Source: Candidatus Uhrbacteria bacterium (GTDB lineage Bacteria > Patescibacteriota > Patescibacteriia > UBA9934 > GWF2-40-263). Taken from it: a stretch of 64,000 nucleotides of DNA. Shown one piece after another: positions 1 to 9,588 of this stretch (position 1 is the first letter of the stretch; every line of letters starts with the position of its first letter). The notes below the pieces were generated by a model that saw only the letters and a program-made list of their open reading frames with translations, did no database searches and had not been told where the DNA came from. The DNA lies in NCBI GenBank assembly GCA_023246355.1, contig JAHFIQ010000001.1:81887-145886 (forward strand). Direction: 5' to 3'. The translations under genes were made by a program, and so were the position numbers.

Positions 1-825
1 AAAAAGGCACAGGAGAGAATTCGCAACGCGGTCACCGGTCTCACGCTTCTGTTATGCGTCTATCTGATTTTGGCGTCTATCAATCCTCAGCTGGTGATCT
101 TCAAACCTCTGCGTGTGTTGAATGTCGAAGGTCTGGAACTGGAAAAAGGAATAAACAGCAACGAGGGATTAAGCAGCTCCTCCTCAAGTGGGGGATCTTC
201 ATCTTCTTCTTCCAGCGCGGCAAAGAGCACGTGTGAAACAATAAGCGAAACAGCAAAAGCAGAAGGAACCTGTGAAATAACTCAAGAGGTTATTTCTCCC
301 ATTGGGGAAGCGCCCGTTTGTGACAGCAACAGTCATTGGACAGATGAAACAGGCACCTTCAAAGACTACTCAGAAATCACGGAACTCGATTTTGCTGCAG
401 GATTCGGCGTGGCCATCATGGCACCGATGGATGGAACGGTTTCCTACATTGTGGGGCAGGACACGAAATGTGGAAACTGGATTACCCTCACAGGTTCAGG
501 CGATGCCGCTGGCGCACAAATCAGCTTCTGTCATGTCGCAGACTTTGTGGACGACGCCGGAGAATACCACGATAATACCGCTGTCTCCCAAGGTGATACC
601 ATTGGTCATACAGGGGGTGTCTGGTGCAAGGGAGAAACGCCTCCCACGGACTGGGATCCGGATGGAAGTGCAACCTATGTTGACGGGACGGCTTGCACAG
701 ATCCGACGACCGCAGAAAACTGCAATTGCCAAACCGTTCTCCAAGCAGGGCTTTCAAAAAAAGCTCACCTGCACATGCAATGGCACCGCGGTGGAGACCT
801 GCTCGCTTGTTTGGAAGACTTCTAA
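1..825 (+). CDS. Pilin-like (VirB2/TrbC-like) membrane module fused to an M23-like peptidase domain, 5'-truncated
   Basis: Frame 1 is open from base 1 (KKAQERIRNAVTGLTLLLCVYLILASINPQLVIFKPL). A Ser-rich linker follows, then M23-like motifs APMDGTV, CGNWITL, FCH, VSQGDTIGHTG, AHLH. The first His of HxxxD is not evident (ITELDF). Confidence 0.7.
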   Translation, partial: KKAQERIRNAVTGLTLLLCVYLILASINPQLVIFKPLRVLNVEGLELEKGINSNEGLSSSSSSGGSSSSSSSAAKSTCETISETAKAEGTCEITQEVISPIGEAPVCDSNSHWTDETGTFKDYSEITELDFAAGFGVAIMAPMDGTVSYIVGQDTKCGNWITLTGSGDAAGAQISFCHVADFVDDAGEYHDNTAVSQGDTIGHTGGVWCKGETPPTDWDPDGSATYVDGTACTDPTTAENCNCQTVLQAGLSKKAHLHMQWHRGGDLLACLEDF

Positions 826-827
826 CT

Positions 828-1847
828 ATGAGACGTAACACTGTCATCTTTCTGGCTCTCATACCGATGATGCTATTCATCGGACTTTTTGGGCATCCAG
901 TGCATGCAGCGAGCACTTCGTCTTCTTCCCTCATCAAACCCACCCTCGCGATCGATATCCCGACGGTGACGTTTAGTGATGGGGAGATCGACGGCGATAC
1001 GATCAAAATCAATTACCTGGGCGACTACATTGCCGGTGTGTACAAGTGGCTGCTAGGCTCTGCGACCTTGATCGCGATCGTCATGCTCATGATCGGCGGG
1101 CTGCAGTACACCATCTTTCAAGAAGACAAGGCAAAGACCCGGATCAAAAATGCCGTTACGGGACTCGTGCTTCTGCTTTCCACGTACTTGATTCTTGCCA
1201 CGATCAATCCACAACTTGTTATTTTTAAACCACTCAGTATCCAAAACATTCCTGAGGTCCCCTTGGAAAACCTTGAAGTAGAATTCAGTAGCGACACGAC
1301 GACGAGCACCTGTACAGGAAGTGACTGCGTAGGGGTCTCTCACTATCAAGACTGTATGATCGAACAATACGGTGGAAGTCCAGGTGCTGTCCGGGCGCAA
1401 CTCGTGCCAGTTACCGTTGACTACGCCGGGCACACCGGAACCTACTACGTCCATCAAAAAGTACAGGCGAAATTTCAAGCGGTGTTCGATGCTATTGCTG
1501 CTTCAGGGACGACCTATGATATTACAAAAAGTATAGGAATCTTTAATTGGCGCGCCGTAACAGCTAAGCCGAAATACTTAAGCAACCACTCATGGGCAAC
1601 GGGAATCGACATTAACCCTGATACAAATCCCTATTGTTCAGCAGAATGTTTCGATAGTGACGCTAGCACGAAATGTTTCTGCGTTGGTGCAAATTGTCAG
1701 ACAGACTGCCCAGCTGGAAAATACGACCTACCCAAAAAAGAAGTCATCGATATTTTTATCAGTAATGGGTTTGACTGGCTTGGAGATCGTGCGGAGGGAA
1801 AATTCCAGGACTACATGCATTTTGACGCACATACAGGCTGTGAATAA
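828..1847 (+). CDS. Pilin-like membrane module fused to an M15-family (D-Ala-D-Ala/L-Ala-D-Glu-type) metallopeptidase
   Basis: ATG at 828, signal peptide, two hydrophobic helices with RIKNAVTGLVLLLSTYLILATINPQL. C-terminal FNWR, SNHSWATGIDIN and DYMHF match M15 Zn motifs. Confidence 0.75.
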   Translation: MRRNTVIFLALIPMMLFIGLFGHPVHAASTSSSSLIKPTLAIDIPTVTFSDGEIDGDTIKINYLGDYIAGVYKWLLGSATLIAIVMLMIGGLQYTIFQEDKAKTRIKNAVTGLVLLLSTYLILATINPQLVIFKPLSIQNIPEVPLENLEVEFSSDTTTSTCTGSDCVGVSHYQDCMIEQYGGSPGAVRAQLVPVTVDYAGHTGTYYVHQKVQAKFQAVFDAIAASGTTYDITKSIGIFNWRAVTAKPKYLSNHSWATGIDINPDTNPYCSAECFDSDASTKCFCVGANCQTDCPAGKYDLPKKEVIDIFISNGFDWLGDRAEGKFQDYMHFDAHTGCE

Positions 1848-1850
1848 CCT

Positions 1851-3197
1851 ATGTTCATCTGTTCCCATTGCGACTCCCAATCCCTGAAGTGGTCTGGAAA
1901 ATGCGTGACCTGCGAAAAGTGGGGCACGCTTGTTGAGGAGAAGGCCGAGGTAGCCCCAGGCTTTAGCCAGGGTTCGGCCGCAAAAGCAAAGCCTGCAAAG
2001 AGTCAGGCTCTTTCTGATGTGGCGAAGCAAAACGAACATGATCGCTTGAGTACACAGGATCCTGAAGTGGATCGTGTCTTGGGTGGAGGAATTGTCGCGG
2101 GATCGGTTGTCTTGCTTTCGGGTGAACCAGGAATCGGCAAATCAACACTCGTGGCACAAATTGCCGGTAGTGTCCTTTCCACCTCTTCCACCTTATCCAC
2201 CTCATCTCCCTCCTCTGTCCTCTATATTTCTGGCGAAGAATCTGCAATGCAACTTGCTTCAAGATTTAAAAGATTATCTCTCACAGCCGACAGAGTCCGC
2301 GTGCTCGAACCTTTTCCTGTGGAGACACTGGTCGCGACCATCGAAAAGGAGAAGCCTTCCCTTGCTGTGATTGACTCGGTACAGACTCTCACCTCATCTC
2401 TCATCGACAGCACGGCTGGCTCACCGACCTTGGTGCGCTACGCCACTTCCCTGCTGCTTGATCTTGCCAAGCGCACCAACGTGTCAATTCTGCTGGTGGG
2501 ACAGGTCACCAAAGATGGATCGATCGCAGGGCCCAAGACCCTGGAACACTTGGTGGATGTGGTCGTGAATTTGGAAGGCGATCCTGTGCATAGCTATAGG
2601 ATGCTGCGCGCGGCCAAAAATCGATTCGGCGCAACAGACGAAATCGGCGTGTTTGAAATGACTGAGCAAGGACTCAAGGCTGTGACGAATCCTTCTGAAA
2701 GATTCTTAGCTGAGCGGTCAAGAACACCAGGATCTGTCATCGCCGCCACGGTCGAAGGTTCACGGGTGTTTCTCGTGGAAGTCCAGGCCCTGGTCGAACA
2801 AAGTTTCTACGGCACGCCTGTGCGCCGCGCCTCAGGCTTTGATCCCAACCGTTTACAGATGCTCGTGGCAATCCTGTCAAAACGTGCGGGCCTCAAACTC
2901 GGCGAGAAAGACGTGTATGTGAATGTGATCGGTGGAATGGACCTGCGAGAGCCGGCAGCTGACTTGGCGGTTTGTGCGGCGATCGTCAGCGCGTTTAAAA
3001 ATGTCACGGACGCGTCCTCAACGGTCTACCTGGGAGAAGTCGGCTTGGGTGGTGAAGTGCGCTCTGTGGGTCTTGTGGACAAGCGTCTCCAGGAAGCCGC
3101 ACGCCTTGGCATCACGGCCGCGGCAGTGCCGTCCAAGAGTAAAATAAAAATGAATTCCGTTGAGATTCGAAAAATAGAAAACGTAAAAGACCTCTGA
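1851..3197 (+). CDS. radA: DNA repair protein RadA/Sms
   Basis: CxxC..CxxC zinc finger, Walker A GEPGIGKST, KNRFG motif, Lon-like C-terminus. Confidence 0.97.
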   Translation: MFICSHCDSQSLKWSGKCVTCEKWGTLVEEKAEVAPGFSQGSAAKAKPAKSQALSDVAKQNEHDRLSTQDPEVDRVLGGGIVAGSVVLLSGEPGIGKSTLVAQIAGSVLSTSSTLSTSSPSSVLYISGEESAMQLASRFKRLSLTADRVRVLEPFPVETLVATIEKEKPSLAVIDSVQTLTSSLIDSTAGSPTLVRYATSLLLDLAKRTNVSILLVGQVTKDGSIAGPKTLEHLVDVVVNLEGDPVHSYRMLRAAKNRFGATDEIGVFEMTEQGLKAVTNPSERFLAERSRTPGSVIAATVEGSRVFLVEVQALVEQSFYGTPVRRASGFDPNRLQMLVAILSKRAGLKLGEKDVYVNVIGGMDLREPAADLAVCAAIVSAFKNVTDASSTVYLGEVGLGGEVRSVGLVDKRLQEAARLGITAAAVPSKSKIKMNSVEIRKIENVKDL

Positions 3198-5242
3198 TCA
3201 TTCCAGATGGACTTTTTCAAACGATGCTTGAATACGACTCTGAATCCGAGGATGACTCTGAAAACCCGGATCCTGTACCAAAAGGCCGCTCGCATAGTCG
3301 CGGGCTTTTTTCATAATCTGTGTGTCAGCAGCTGTGGCAAGCTGAAAATCTGGAAAGCCAGACTGGGCATTGCCAAACACATTGCCTGGACCACGCAGCT
3401 CGAGATCTTTTTCCGCGAGCAGAAATCCGTGATGGATCGTTTCAACAGCACGCAGTCGCGCCTCACTTGAATCAGAAAGTTGTTCAGGGAGAAGATAACA
3501 ATACGACTGGATGTCTGAACGCCCCACGCGACCACGCAACTGATGCAACTGCGCCAACCCAAATCGCTCTGCTCCCATAATCACCATTACGCTTGCATTT
3601 GGAATATCAACTCCCACCTCCACTACCGTCGTCGCGACAAGCACGTCGATCTTGCCATCACGAAATTTTTGGATGGCGTCTTCTTTTTCATGAGACGCTA
3701 AACGACCGTGCAGAATGCCAATCCGTGTATCGGACAAAGGACCCTTTTTGAGATCCCGAGCAACATCTGTCACAGACTTCGCCCCCATCTTGTCAGATGG
3801 GTCGATGAGCGGACACACGACAAACACTTGGCGACCTTCCTGAATTTGTTCACGCACATGACGCCACATGCCCTTTTGATGACTCTCAGGAACAAGCGCG
3901 GTTGCCACGGGTTTTCGACCGTGCGGCATCTCGTTTAGAATCGAAAGCTCGAGATCACCGTAGATCGTGAGCGCAAGAGAACGTGGAATCGGCGTGCGGT
4001 CATCGACAGCAAGTGAGGCGCCACGGCACCTTCTCGCTGCAACAGGGCATGTCGTTGTTCCACACCAAATCGATGCTGTTCATCAACGATCACGAGCGCT
4101 GGCTGGAGTTCAACGTAATCTTCCAAAATGGCATGGGTTCCAATCACACAGCGGATTCTACCAAGACGGATCGCATTTAGGAGTTCGTCTTTTGTCACGG
4201 TCTCTGATCCAATCCTCTGCTGCGTTCGTGTAAGAAGTCCAACCGGCTTTTTCAATAGTCGACAAAACGCTTCGTGCTGCTGAGAAGCCAGTATTTCGGT
4301 TGGTGCCAAGTACACGACCGTGTGACCAGCGTCCAGAACCGATGCACATGCCGCTGCAGCCACAACCGTCTTTCCAGAACCCACGTCTCCTTCCAGTAAT
4401 CGATTCATGGACGAAGTCCCTGCCATATCCTGAACGATTTCCCAGATGGCTTTTCGCTGTGCGTTGGTGAGTTGAAACGGCAATGCACTTACGAAGACAC
4501 GCAGGAATTCTTCGTTGATGGGAATCGAATGTACAGGCCGCTTTGCTCGCTCACTCCTCACGTGAGCAAACAGGAGTTGATGCAAAAAAAGCTCATCAAA
4601 CTTGAGACGCGCGACGCTGGCTTGAAGCACTTGTTGTGAAACAGGAAAGTGCACTCCACGCAAGGCATCACAGAGCGATGGATACGATTCGTGTTCAATC
4701 ACCTCTTCTGGTAACCACTCAGCCATTTCATCGGCACAACAGAGTGCCACGTTGATTGCCTCACGCAGTCGACGCATGGTGAGTGATCCTGTCAGTCCGT
4801 AGATCGGAACGATCCGACCGGTGTGAACCTGGGCACCTGATTTTTCGATGATTGGGTTTACGAGACTCAAACCGAATCGTCCATCCACTCGGCCAGCGAG
4901 AGAAACCGTGCTCCCCACAGGGAGCGTACGCTCAAGATATTCTTGGTTGAACCACACGACTTTCAACTCCCCTGTCGCATCCGCTATCACTCCTTCAACT
5001 AACTTCACCTTACGGTTTTTTGAAGGGCGGCTGGCCAGAGACTGAATCGTCCCAATAACCGTGACCATCTCACCCGACCGAACCTTCCCAGCTCCTGTGA
5101 CTTTGGAAAAGTCATCATAGCGAAACGGCAGGTACCACAAGAGATCTTTCACCGAAGAAACGCCCAGGTTCTTCAGATCTTGAACCGCCTTCCCGCCAAT
5201 TCCAGGAAGTTCAGAAACAGATGAGTTCAAGTGAATGGCCAT
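3198..5242 (-). pseudogene. recG: ATP-dependent DNA helicase RecG, split by a 1-nt deletion near 3995 (true pseudogene or sequencing error)
   Basis: ORF 3935-5242 has the wedge domain, GDVGSGKT and DEQH. ORF 3198-3929 has TTVVEVGVD and QLRGRVGR. Motif [10 protein letters not shown] is broken: acc gc acg ccg att cca. Confidence 0.9.
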
Positions 5243-5297
5243 ATCAATGGAATCTTAACACAAACAAAAACCGCTCTCGCAAAGAGAACGATTTTTG

Positions 5298-5374
5298 TGG
5301 TGCGGTCGGGGGGACTCGAACCCTCGACCCTCAGCTCCGCAAGCTGATGCTCTATCCAGCTGAGCTACGACCGC
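5298..5374 (-). tRNA. tRNA-Arg(GCG)
   Basis: Cloverleaf on minus strand; anticodon arm tcagc-tt-GCG-ga-gctga; TTCGA loop; encoded CCA. Confidence 0.93.
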
Positions 5375-5380
5375 CTAACG

Positions 5381-5878
5381 TCAGAGTTTATACAGTCTAC
5401 GAACCATATCTGTCAAACGCTCTTCGCTCTGGTGGATATTCTCTTTGCAGTACGGGAGCAAGCATTCACGAACCTGATTGGGGTCCACGTCCTCCAAAGG
5501 AATGGAAAGCAATGGCTGCCATGGGGACTGGAAATCAAGATACAAAATCTTCACCTCTGGTGGATCGTATGCAAGAGCGAAATCTTTGATCGCCTCAAAG
5601 TCGTAGTACATATCAGCCACAACCACCCCTGTGTTGGTGATGACCACCGGGACCCGTTCGGGTGACACAAACGTAGAAAGCAGCATGATGACCCCGATCA
5701 TAAGCACAATCACGGCAAACAAAAAGTTGGCTGTTGCCACGGCGTAGATGATGAGCGCCACGCCCAGCACCGCAGCGACCAGATACCATCGCTGTGAGCG
5801 TTCATGTGTGGGGTACTCATCGACCTCCCACTGCAGTTGTGGCGCACCGATTTCAATTGGCAGTTCTTGTTCTTCCAT
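5381..5878 (-). CDS. Hypothetical membrane protein (two N-terminal TM helices plus soluble domain)
   Basis: 165-aa ORF with WEVDEY..ERSQRWY followed by a hydrophobic hairpin. Confidence 0.75.
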   Translation of the reverse strand: MEEQELPIEIGAPQLQWEVDEYPTHERSQRWYLVAAVLGVALIIYAVATANFLFAVIVLMIGVIMLLSTFVSPERVPVVITNTGVVVADMYYDFEAIKDFALAYDPPEVKILYLDFQSPWQPLLSIPLEDVDPNQVRECLLPYCKENIHQSEERLTDMVRRLYKL

Positions 5879-5932
5879 ACCGGTTTATTTTAGCACGGAA
5901 CAAAAAAACCGGAAACGAATTCCGATCCTTTT

Positions 5933-6020
5933 TGGCGGAGGGGGTGGGATTCGAACCCACGGTTCCTTGCGGAACGTCGCATTTCAAGTGCGATGGAATA
6001 AACCACTATCCGACCCCTCC
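5933..6020 (-). tRNA. tRNA-Ser(TGA)
   Basis: Anticodon arm tcgca-ct-TGA-aa-tgcga, long variable arm, GCCA end. Confidence 0.93.
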
Positions 6021-6032
6021 AAAAGAGTCGAA

Positions 6033-6127
6033 TGGCGGAGAGAGAGGGATTCGAACCCTCGCGCCGGGTATAAAACCGGCCTAACGGTTTAGCAAACCGT
6101 CCCCTTCAGCCTCTTGGGTACCTCTCC
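6033..6127 (-). tRNA. tRNA-Ser(GCT)
   Basis: Anticodon arm acggt-tt-GCT-aa-accgt, long variable arm, GCCA end. Confidence 0.93.
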
Positions 6128-6154
6128 GTAACGGACGTTAGAGTATCGTATTCA

Positions 6155-6847
6155 TCATCCTTTGGCAATCACGAATCCCCACACGGTTTTGGCGCCGGCT
6201 TCTTTCAAAACTCGAGCCGCAGCGTCCATGGTCGTGCCGCTGGTAAACACGTCATCACAGAGCAAGAGATGATCTGGAATCTGGATGCCGTCCATCATCT
6301 TGAACGCATCGTCCATCTCGCCGACACGCCGCAGCTCATGACTCGTGCGAGCTTGAGGATTGGTTGAACGCACACGCCTGACAAACGTCTCGTGAGGAAT
6401 CCCAAATAACTCCCCTGCCCACTGAGCCACCAGATCTGCTTGGTCAAATCCTCGTTCTCGTCGACGCTTCTCATGCAAAGGAACACTCGTTGCATAAAAA
6501 GGCAAAACCGGTGGGGAGAGTCGCAGAGAGGCTTTCTTCAAACAGCCTTCCAGGATTCTCTCAACGCTCCTGTCCCCGTGGTACTTCCAATGTCCAAGCA
6601 GCTCGCGCACAACCGTATTTCCATACGGGGCAAAGGCCGTGAGTCCATCCAAGTAGACGTCCTCACAACAGGACGTACAGGTCCGATCACTTCCCAGTTC
6701 CCCGCAAAACGCACAAGACGCCAGTGCTGAGACTGGCGTCCACTCCTGTTCACACACCTCGCATAATAGTGAACCCTCGCGCTTACAGGAAACACAAAAT
6801 CGAGGAAACAACGTTTCTATTGCCAGACGGCCGAGTCGACTTTCCAT
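6155..6847 (-). CDS. comF: ComF family competence protein (zinc ribbon + phosphoribosyltransferase-like)
   Basis: LFPxxCxxC..CxxC, VPLH..RRRERGFDQA, DDVFTSGTT. Confidence 0.92.
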   Translation of the reverse strand: MESRLGRLAIETLFPRFCVSCKREGSLLCEVCEQEWTPVSALASCAFCGELGSDRTCTSCCEDVYLDGLTAFAPYGNTVVRELLGHWKYHGDRSVERILEGCLKKASLRLSPPVLPFYATSVPLHEKRRRERGFDQADLVAQWAGELFGIPHETFVRRVRSTNPQARTSHELRRVGEMDDAFKMMDGIQIPDHLLLCDDVFTSGTTMDAAARVLKEAGAKTVWGFVIAKG

Positions 6848-7401
6848 ACGCCGTCCTCCGTCACATAACTTAAAATGATGTCTTGATACTTCACGGTTGT
6901 GTTTTGCGGTGAGTCAATGGCTTCTTCCCGTTGCGTGGTCACGGTCACCTGCGCCGTTCCGGCTGTTTCATCTTTCTCATCCACGGTCACGGTCACGATC
7001 GATGTGGAAACGCCATAGTAGCCTTCTGGCATTTCACCTTCGTCAATCATCTTTTGTGTTTTGGCCGCAAACGCCTCACTCATGAGGGGTAAGACATCCA
7101 CCAGGTTGCCAAAATCTGCTTCATTGGAATAACTCCCGTAGCGGGTGACAAATGTTTTTGAAAGAGACGTGACGTCAGACGTTTGTGTCCGTACTTCGCG
7201 TTCTTGTTCTAGTTCAAGCTCTGACACGGTCGGCCGATCTGGCACCACTTGTTCTTCTTGTGTGACCTCTGCCACCTCTTCACCCTGTTTCACCTCGTCC
7301 ACCTTCCCAGAAAACAAGACATACAAAAGCCAGCCAAGCAGCAGCAGTAAAATAAGCAGAATTAAGACAACAATTGAAATACGTTTGCGTCGAGTCATCA
7401 T
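6817..7401 (-). CDS. Bitopic membrane protein, possible VirB8/TcpC-like T4SS component
   Basis: Single N-terminal TM; C-terminal ...GVWKVD typical of NTF2-like folds; overlaps the VirB4 stop codon. Confidence 0.5.
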   Translation of the reverse strand: MMTRRKRISIVVLILLILLLLLGWLLYVLFSGKVDEVKQGEEVAEVTQEEQVVPDRPTVSELELEQEREVRTQTSDVTSLSKTFVTRYGSYSNEADFGNLVDVLPLMSEAFAAKTQKMIDEGEMPEGYYGVSTSIVTVTVDEKDETAGTAQVTVTTQREEAIDSPQNTTVKYQDIILSYVTEDGVWKVDSAVWQ

Positions 7402-9506
7402 ACTTTGAGAGAGTCACGGATTTTATCGGCTTGTTCTTTTCCCGCGTTCTCCGTGGACAGCAAGGCGGCAGCGGCATCCTGTGCAGCCTTCTCCTGCTCA
7501 GCAATCTCCTGAGCCTCCTTGGCATCTTCATCCAAATCCATGACGTCTTCTTTTGCTTGTGCGGCCTGTGCAGCTTGGGATTCTTTCTGCTGTACTTCCT
7601 GAACTTTTTTCTGTTCATCAGCGATGTCTTGCTTTGCCTTTTCTTGTTTGAGCAATTGCTGCGGGTTGGTTGTCACAATCTGGTCCTCAACATAGGAGGC
7701 AACCACTTTGATGGCCGCATGCTTATTTCCTGCAAAGAAAATCCCCTCTCCCACTCCAGACTCAAGCAACAGATATTTTTCTCCATCGGTGAGGTGAAAC
7801 GTTTTTTGAATGTTGTCCACGGCTGAGGCTGCTTGTTTGAGAAGAACTTGCATGGCAGAGTTGGTCACAATCGCCTGGCCATAGGCCGAGCGCAAAAAGT
7901 CGTTCACGTCCTGGGTGATGGTGGTGACGCCAAGGAAATATTTTCTCGCACGCTTCACCAAGGCGAAAATAAACTTCGCCGAGTCCTCATTTTGCATGAG
8001 CCACCACGCTTCATCCACCACCAAAATACGCTTGCGGCGCACTGAGCGCACCACGTTCCAGATGTAATTGACGATGTTGTAAATGGCCACAGGTCGCAGT
8101 TCGTCCTCGAGGTCTCTGACGGAAAAAACGACTAATTGATTTTTCATCTCCACGTTGGTGGTGGAATTGAGCAGTCCCGCAAAGGTGCCTTCCGTATATT
8201 TCTGCAAACGCGCCATGAGATTGGACGAGCCTTCCATGCCGTCAAGCACGTCTTCAAAATCTGTGAGCGTAGGCGGTTCGACCGCGGAGAGATCGGTGAG
8301 ATCAGGCGTGATGTCTTTTTTCGCGTAGGTTTCAATGAGGGCTCGATCAAGCAGAGAGTCTTCCTCCGGGGTAAACCCAAGTTTGCCGCCCTCTCCAATG
8401 GGCTGACCAATCATGATACGCAACAGACCTTTGAGTGTGATCACGGCTGAGCGAATAATATCTTCGACTTTTGTTCCCTCACCGATCGCGCGAGGCAGGT
8501 CAAAGGGATTCACGCGAGCCTCGGAGGCCAGAGACACATTGATAAACGTGCCGCCCACCGCGTCAGACAAATCTTTATATTCGTATTCCGGATCTATCAC
8601 AATCACATCCACGCCCATCATGAGGGAGCGAATAATCTCAAGCTTCACGGTGTAGGACTTTCCTGCACCTGAGGTGGCAAACACGACCGCATTGGCATTT
8701 TGCAAACTAAAACGATCGAACAAAATAAGCGAGTTGTTGTGGCGGTTGATGCCGTAGAGGATGCCGTTATCGCTGGTGAGATCAGAGGAAATGAACGGGA
8801 AAGACGCGGCGATAGGACTGGTGTTCATGTTGTAGCTGATGACCAGCTCGTCGTTGCCAAGAGGAACTGTTGAATTGAACCCTTGTTCTGCCTGATAAAA
8901 ACCAGACTTTGTATAAATGAGTTTGCTTCCAAACAAGGATTCCACCTCCCCGGTAAATTTTTCCAGCTCTTCTGGAGACTTGGCGTAAATCGTCACGTAG
9001 AACGAAAACTGAAAGAAATGTTCAATGCCTTGGGTGAGGGCGTCACGCAGAGATTCAATATCGCGCAGAGCGGTTTCGGCAATCGGATCACGTGGCGCGC
9101 CTTTTTCCGCATCACCCAAAATTTTGGCTTCAAATACTCCTACCTTTTTTTGCAACTGCTTCAAAATAATGTTCGCCTTGAGCGGATAAAAGAACATGGC
9201 CACGTCAAACGTTTTGTTGAGATTGATGAGTGGCGAAGACCATCCCAAACCGATGTGGCGCGGGTAGGTGATGATAAACAATGTTCTGGCGTAGACCCCA
9301 GAGAGCATCAAGTACGTTGGCTTCACTTCAAATGATGCCGGCGCGATGATCTGCCTCACCGTGACCACACCACGCCGATACACCCGCTCTTCTTCCAGAA
9401 CGATCTTTTCCTCTGTGACGCGTTTCACCTCCGCCTTCACCTCCTTCACCTTTTCAGGCGGTGGCGCTGGCATCGCGGCTTTAATTTTTCCAATATCAAT
9501 GGGCAT
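7398..9506 (-). CDS. VirB4/TraC-like type IV secretion ATPase
   Basis: Walker A ATSGAGKS, VIDPEYEY, VNPFD, Walker B VVDEAW, KRARKY..TITQ. Confidence 0.92.
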   Translation of the reverse strand: MPIDIGKIKAAMPAPPPEKVKEVKAEVKRVTEEKIVLEEERVYRRGVVTVRQIIAPASFEVKPTYLMLSGVYARTLFIITYPRHIGLGWSSPLINLNKTFDVAMFFYPLKANIILKQLQKKVGVFEAKILGDAEKGAPRDPIAETALRDIESLRDALTQGIEHFFQFSFYVTIYAKSPEELEKFTGEVESLFGSKLIYTKSGFYQAEQGFNSTVPLGNDELVISYNMNTSPIAASFPFISSDLTSDNGILYGINRHNNSLILFDRFSLQNANAVVFATSGAGKSYTVKLEIIRSLMMGVDVIVIDPEYEYKDLSDAVGGTFINVSLASEARVNPFDLPRAIGEGTKVEDIIRSAVITLKGLLRIMIGQPIGEGGKLGFTPEEDSLLDRALIETYAKKDITPDLTDLSAVEPPTLTDFEDVLDGMEGSSNLMARLQKYTEGTFAGLLNSTTNVEMKNQLVVFSVRDLEDELRPVAIYNIVNYIWNVVRSVRRKRILVVDEAWWLMQNEDSAKFIFALVKRARKYFLGVTTITQDVNDFLRSAYGQAIVTNSAMQVLLKQAASAVDNIQKTFHLTDGEKYLLLESGVGEGIFFAGNKHAAIKVVASYVEDQIVTTNPQQLLKQEKAKQDIADEQKKVQEVQQKESQAAQAAQAKEDVMDLDEDAKEAQEIAEQEKAAQDAAAALLSTENAGKEQADKIRDSLKV

Positions 9507-9588
9507 AGAATAGGTGGATCAGGGAGACAAGGTGGAACAAGTGGTCGGAATCCGGAACCACCTAGTCTCCCTTGTCTACCTTTCTACC

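Noticed and set aside
5262-5297. Similar sequence downstream of tRNA-Arg and tRNA-Leu (46108-46144) as att-site duplication
   Set aside because: The similarity is short and better explained as related tRNA terminator hairpins.
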